DNA of 64,000 nucleotides from Candidatus Bathyarchaeota archaeon (GTDB lineage Archaea; Thermoproteota; Bathyarchaeia; Bathyarchaeales; Bathycorpusculaceae). Under the pieces are notes generated by a model that was not told the origin of the DNA, did no database searches, and saw nothing but the letters and a program-made list of their open reading frames with translations. The position numbers and the translations under genes are program-made. This document shows positions 59,262-64,000 of the stretch, piece by piece (within the stretch, counting starts at the first letter, position 1; the number at the start of each line of letters is the position of its first letter). Where the stretch lies: the NCBI GenBank assembly GCA_963828195.1, contig CAWHDT010000004.1, forward strand, positions 49,512 to 113,511, written 5' to 3'.

Positions 59262-59453
59262 TTATTTTTCGTTCCATTTTTCCCTTACCGAACACAGGTC
59301 TTTAATTAACCCCTGCCTTTTTTGCACGTATTCCTTAATGGCGTTTTCAAATGCTTTTCCTATGCTTTCTTCTAGGCCCAAATTAGTTAGTTTTTTGGCG
59401 TTGCAGTAGGCTTCTTCTGGAACAGTTACGGACTTAAATCCGTTGAGAGGCAT
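59262..59453 (-). CDS. Small RHH-like protein
   Basis: MPLNGFKSVTVPEEAY...AFENAIKEY; AGGAG SD. Confidence 0.6.
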   Translation of the reverse strand: MPLNGFKSVTVPEEAYCNAKKLTNLGLEESIGKAFENAIKEYVQKRQGLIKDLCSVREKWNEK

Positions 59454-59974
59454 TTTTCTATCTCCTGATTTCTGCTTCTCTATTACTTCGACAAAGTATA
59501 AATAGTTATGTACCACATATACCACATTAACGTATGGTATATACCATGACGGAAGAGCAAAAATGTTTAATGAGGGGGAAAGAGGTGATAAAAATTGAGT
59601 CTAAACCTAAGTAACCCAAAAGGATTCTTACCTATGTTGTTATTCGTTGGCTTCGTTTTTGCTTTAATAGGTATTGGTTTTTACAGTTTAGGCGCTAATT
59701 CAGGTTGCTTGTTGACGGATTCGCTATAATGACTGTTGCTGTTCTTTTGTTTATGATGATGAATCGGCGAAAGATAGGGTTCTGATGGTGTTAAATGCCC
59801 TTAACATTTAGCTCCAACATAAACACCAACTCTTTTTTCGCAATTAAACTTTACTCTTTTTTGCTAAATTCTTTGGCATTACAGAACCCAAAACTCTGAT
59901 TCAGAATGCGAGCAAACTTGAAACTGCCAAAGGTGTTAAAAGCCAAGAATCCTATTAAGATAACAGGTATTTGA

Positions 59975-60337
59975 ATGAAAATTTCAAACTATACAAAAGC
60001 AGTTATTTTTCTACTATTACTAACAGCTTTGGGCAGTAGCGTATATGCACAAACTCTCCCCTCGCAACAACCACACTCAGCACAATCTGGAAGCTCAACA
60101 ACTGTACTGGGATCGGGTTCTTTTCCCTATGTACTTGTAGCCGTGATAGTTATCATAATTGTCGTTGTTGTTGCAGTCATCGCTATTATTCGACAATCCA
60201 AAAAGAAAAATATGCACCCTCAGCCAACAACAGAAAAAGCCTTAGTTATTTGTCCGAAATGTTACAATCGGATTGATGCTGTTAACGATTTTTGCCCTAA
60301 ATGCGGTACAGATATTAGACCTAAAAACACACAATAA
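59975..60337 (+). CDS. Membrane protein with C-terminal zinc ribbon
   Basis: Signal peptide, TM, CPKC...FCPKCG. Confidence 0.75.
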   Translation: MKISNYTKAVIFLLLLTALGSSVYAQTLPSQQPHSAQSGSSTTVLGSGSFPYVLVAVIVIIIVVVVAVIAIIRQSKKKNMHPQPTTEKALVICPKCYNRIDAVNDFCPKCGTDIRPKNTQ

Positions 60338-60482
60338 CAAAAGTAAGAATTAATAAATATTGATGAGATTAGAACCAACGGATTTTTACAGAGAAAACAA
60401 AACAACGAAGACTTTACAGAACCTAATAAAGCCCCTGTCAAATTGGGCTACTTCACGAGAATATTGCCTCGGCTGCTGCTTT

Positions 60483-60782
60483 CTAAGCGGTCCGTTCCGA
60501 GTCGATGGCTTTTATCCGTTTGCTGATGACTTTTTGGATGTCTGGGTCTTCTTCTTTTTGTTTTGCTTCATCCAAGAGGTTTTTTGCTACATGGATGCTT
60601 TTTCCGCCGAAAATTTTTGCAAAGTTGCTGGATCGTCTTTCAAGCAAGCGGAGGTATTGAGGCAGAACGCAGACGAAGTTTAACGGGTAACGCTTGTTTT
60701 TGTCTAAGTCAACAACGACCAGTTGGACGTTGCGGTCAAGTCTTTGATTGCCCCTTTTGATTGCATAAAGTTTTAAGTTCAT
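60483..60782 (-). CDS. Hypothetical protein
   Basis: ATG 60782 with GTGAGG SD; YPLNFVCVLP segment. Confidence 0.65.
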   Translation of the reverse strand: MNLKLYAIKRGNQRLDRNVQLVVVDLDKNKRYPLNFVCVLPQYLRLLERRSSNFAKIFGGKSIHVAKNLLDEAKQKEEDPDIQKVISKRIKAIDSERTA

Positions 60783-61005
60783 TCCCCTCACCAACCTTAA
60801 CATATCAAATTTAGATTTAACTCTTCGATACAGTTTCCATGGACTCCAAATCATATTAATATTCTTGAGAAGCAGAATCAACCTTTTTGTCAACTTTAAA
60901 TAACAAAAAGGGGGCAGAACACGCCCAACAAATTTCAGGGCAAATCAGCCCAATTTAAGCTAAACAGTTAAAGCACCCTTTTGCCCGATTAGTTTATTTG
61001 GGAAA

Positions 61006-63903
61006 ATGCAAACCGAAAATTCACGCTGTGTTTTCGAGTTACTCGCCAAACCAGTCCGCAATGCGCTAGCAGAGCTTGGCTTTTCAGAGCCGACTTTGCC
61101 GCAGACTTTGGCGGTCCCGCCTGTGCTTGAAGGGAAGAATGTGCTTTTGATTGCGCCCACGGGCACGGGAAAAACTGAAGCCGTTCTGCTTCCCATCTTT
61201 TCAAAGCTTGTTGAGCAGAAAACTGAAGAACAAAAAGACGTGGGCATACAGGTTATCTACATTACGCCTCTTCGCGCGTTGAACCGGGACATGTTCAAGC
61301 GGTTAACGTTTTGGAGCGAGCAATTAGACATAACTGTTGAAGTTCGCCACGGGGACACAGAAATGAAAATTCGCCGAAAACAAGCACTTCGCCCCCCTCA
61401 GATGCTGGTTACCACGCCTGAAACTTTGCAGGCGATTCTTCCCGGCTCACAAATGCGCAAACATCTAAGCAACGTACAATGCGTCATCATTGATGAAGTG
61501 CATGACTTGGCTGAAAGCAAACGTGGGGCGCAGCTTGCAGTTGCGCTTGAACGGGTTCTAGAGGTGACAGGTAAAGAGTTTCAAAGAATCGGTTTATCCG
61601 CAACCGTGGGCAACCCAGAGGAAGTTGCGCGGTTTGTTGCGGGAACCAGTAGAGAAATCAGCATCGTGCGAGCTGTGCTGGCTAAAAACTACCGTTACAG
61701 GGTAGAGTATTTGACGCCGACTGAAAAAGATTATGAGTTAGCTGCAAAACTTGAAACCACACCTGAAGCATCAGCCAGGATTCGAAGGCTAATCGAACTG
61801 ATCGACAGTCATAAATCAACTTTGGTTTTTGTTAACAGTCGAACCGTCGCCGAACTGCTGGGACACAGATTCGACCAGCTTAACCGCACGGACATATCGG
61901 TGCATCATGGCTCCCTGTCACGGGAAGAAAGAGTCATCGCGGAAGATGCGTTCAAAGCTGGAACAATAAAAGCAATCATCTGCACAAGCACACTTGAGCT
62001 GGGCATAGACATCGGCAACGTGGATTTAGTTATCCAATATATGTCTCCGCGGCAAGTCAGTAGCCTAATTCAGCGCGTGGGCAGAAGCGGACACAGCCTT
62101 GAGCGGCTCTCAGAAGGAGTAATCGTCACGGCGTACCCCGATGACACTTTGGAATCGATGGCTGCTGTGGAAAACGCCAAGCAAAACAGGCTTGAACCGG
62201 TGCTTTTGCATAAAAACGCCCTCGATGTTTTGGCTCACCAAGTTGCGGGCGTCCTTATGGATAAAGAAACCGTAACTCAGGATGAACTATTGGGGATTGT
62301 TAGAAGAGCTTACCCATACAGCACGCTTGCAGCTGAGAAGCTTTCGGAAGTTGTATATTTTTTAGAGAGCCTACACAAACTTAGACTGGAACAAGAAGGA
62401 AAACTGTTGAAGAAAACAGGCAGAACACGCGAATACTACTACAGCAACCTATCGATGATGCCTGACGAGAAACGTTACCCAGTAATCAACGTGTTGACTG
62501 ACCGAAAAATCGGCACTTTAGGCGACGAATTCATGACCTTGCATGCGCGGGTCGGATTGCATTTTATCATGCGGGGAAAGGTTTGGCGTATCGTCCAAAT
62601 TAACGACGAGTCGGGAACGGTACATGTTGTTCCTGCGGAAGACCCCTCGGCTGCTGTTCCAGGCTGGGATGGGGAAATCCTTCCAGTGCCCTTTGACCTT
62701 GCCCAGCAAACAGGCGAAATGCGGGAAAAAATCGGCAGACTCCTCAAAGAAGGAAAGAAGCCGGAAGCGGCAGCGGAGCAGTTAGCCTCAGAATTGAAGA
62801 CTGATAAAGCAACGCTTCTTGACGCGGCGTTGGAAATCGACGAGCACCTCAAGTCGGGAGCGCCGCTGCCTACGCAGAACCGCATAGTCATTGAAGCGTT
62901 GGATCGGTACATTGTTGTTCACGCGTGTTTCGGCGAGATAGTTAACCGCACTTTAGGCGGAATATTCGATTCAATTCTCTCTGAGCGAGAAGCAATCACG
63001 GGCTGGTGGACCGACGGCTACCGAATCCTGATTGAAACCACCCATAAACCCTCCAGACAAGAAGTTGACGCCTTGCCAAAAGAACTCTTAGACTTAACCG
63101 ACAGCCGCATCGATGAGGCGTTTTTGAGTTACGTAAACTCCAAGTTTCCTTTCGTCAGCAGAATGAAAGCTATCGCTGAAAGATTCGGCGCCATGCCAAG
63201 GGGAAAAACGTTAGCTATGTCGGAGCGCGGCGAAAAATTGAAAGCGGCTTTTGAAGGGACACCGATTTACGATGAAACACTGCGGGAAGCCATGATGGAT
63301 AAAGTTGATTTACAAAAAACCAAGCAGATAATGCATGACATCAAAGAAGAAAAAATAACTGTCACCGCACTTTCCCGCGAAAAGCCGTCGCCGCTGGCGT
63401 ACCACATTTTGATGCAGTACGCCGACACCGCAGAGTTGATGGCGCCTGAGCGCGTCATTTTAAGCAATATTGACCGGATGAAACATTCCATTGAAGCCCG
63501 AACCGCCAGGCTGCTCTGCATGAACTGTGGAGCATGGACAACGCAGGTTCGCGTAAAAGATCTGCCCGATGAGCCAACGTGTGGAAACTGCAGCTCGCGG
63601 TTGCTTACGCTGCTGTATTTCAGCCAAGACGTCGAGAAGCTAAAGGGGGATTTGCTCAAGCGCCGCGAAGGCAAAGAGCTTACCCCTGAAGAGCTCAAGG
63701 AGCTGAGCACTGCCAGACGCAAAGCCGACTTGATCCTTAGCTATGGAAAGCAGGCGGTTAAGGCGCTGCAGGTGAAAGGGGTTGGTCCAGAAACGGCTTC
63801 GCGGATTTTGGGGCGAATGCATCCGCAGGAAGAGCAGTTTTACATGGATCTGCTGAAGGCGAAGATTCAGTATTTGCGGACAAGAGAATTCTGGGACAAA
63901 TAG
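61006..63903 (+). CDS. lhr: Lhr-like SF2 DEAD/DEAH helicase with C-terminal Cys motif
   Basis: APTGTGKT, PLRALNRD, RHGDT, TTPETL, DEVH, SAT, HHGSL, LELGIDIG, QRVGRSGH; CMNC/CGNC. Confidence 0.92.
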   Translation: MQTENSRCVFELLAKPVRNALAELGFSEPTLPQTLAVPPVLEGKNVLLIAPTGTGKTEAVLLPIFSKLVEQKTEEQKDVGIQVIYITPLRALNRDMFKRLTFWSEQLDITVEVRHGDTEMKIRRKQALRPPQMLVTTPETLQAILPGSQMRKHLSNVQCVIIDEVHDLAESKRGAQLAVALERVLEVTGKEFQRIGLSATVGNPEEVARFVAGTSREISIVRAVLAKNYRYRVEYLTPTEKDYELAAKLETTPEASARIRRLIELIDSHKSTLVFVNSRTVAELLGHRFDQLNRTDISVHHGSLSREERVIAEDAFKAGTIKAIICTSTLELGIDIGNVDLVIQYMSPRQVSSLIQRVGRSGHSLERLSEGVIVTAYPDDTLESMAAVENAKQNRLEPVLLHKNALDVLAHQVAGVLMDKETVTQDELLGIVRRAYPYSTLAAEKLSEVVYFLESLHKLRLEQEGKLLKKTGRTREYYYSNLSMMPDEKRYPVINVLTDRKIGTLGDEFMTLHARVGLHFIMRGKVWRIVQINDESGTVHVVPAEDPSAAVPGWDGEILPVPFDLAQQTGEMREKIGRLLKEGKKPEAAAEQLASELKTDKATLLDAALEIDEHLKSGAPLPTQNRIVIEALDRYIVVHACFGEIVNRTLGGIFDSILSEREAITGWWTDGYRILIETTHKPSRQEVDALPKELLDLTDSRIDEAFLSYVNSKFPFVSRMKAIAERFGAMPRGKTLAMSERGEKLKAAFEGTPIYDETLREAMMDKVDLQKTKQIMHDIKEEKITVTALSREKPSPLAYHILMQYADTAELMAPERVILSNIDRMKHSIEARTARLLCMNCGAWTTQVRVKDLPDEPTCGNCSSRLLTLLYFSQDVEKLKGDLLKRREGKELTPEELKELSTARRKADLILSYGKQAVKALQVKGVGPETASRILGRMHPQEEQFYMDLLKAKIQYLRTREFWDK

Positions 63904-63940
63904 GGACTGCGTGAAAAATCAGCGGTCTGGATTTTTTTTA

Positions 63941-63976
63941 AAGAAGAAGCTTGGAAAAATCGTTTTTCTTCTTCTT
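63941..63976. repeat. Palindromic intergenic motif copy D (AAGAAGAAG-N18-CTTCTTCTT)
   Basis: Spacer CTTGGAAAAATCGTTTTT resembles copy C spacer CCTCAAAAAACCGTTTTT. Confidence 0.75.
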
Positions 63977-64000
63977 CTTCCAGAAACGGGTTAATTTATA

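Larger units (their letters stand above)
56315..60423. mobile_element. IS6-family element with passenger genes, 4109 bp
   Basis: 25-bp perfect TIRs GGTTCTGTAAAGTCTTCGTTGTTTT (56315-56339; 60399-60423) and 8-bp TSD TAATAAAG (56307-56314; 60424-60431). Confidence 0.93.

Noticed and set aside
59778-59888. MITE bounded by GGTTCTG/CAGAACC
   Set aside because: Only 7 bp inverted match and no TSD

Overview
Archaeal chromosomal window; gene content (CdvA/CdvB/CdvC operon, DUF2206/DUF1616/DUF362 glycan-locus genes, PEF-CTERM surface protein, many TTG/GTG starts) suggests Bathyarchaeia or a related TACK lineage (inference, no database search). 1-27.7 kb is a minus-strand surface-glycan locus: glycosyltransferases, two Gfo/DUF362 pairs, a PIG-L deacetylase, three Fem-clan GNAT proteins, an ATP-grasp ligase, methyltransferases and a YVTN surface protein. 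The main candidate new system is inside it: two identical, CCA-encoded tRNA-Cys(GCA) genes with no D-loop GG and a GUGC T-loop, the pattern of staphylococcal non-proteinogenic tRNA-Gly, each directly upstream of Fem-like/ATP-grasp genes. This suggests a dedicated tRNA-dependent cysteinylation pathway for an archaeal glycan (untested). Also present: decayed 3'-half tRNA-Cys fragments bracketing accessory genes, a four-copy 9-18-9 palindromic intergenic motif, a CBS-HPF hibernation-factor candidate, pyrDK, decayed toxin-antitoxin genes, a complete 4.1-kb IS6-family element (25-bp TIRs, 8-bp TSD) with passengers, and an Lhr-type helicase. All family assignments are by eye from motifs.
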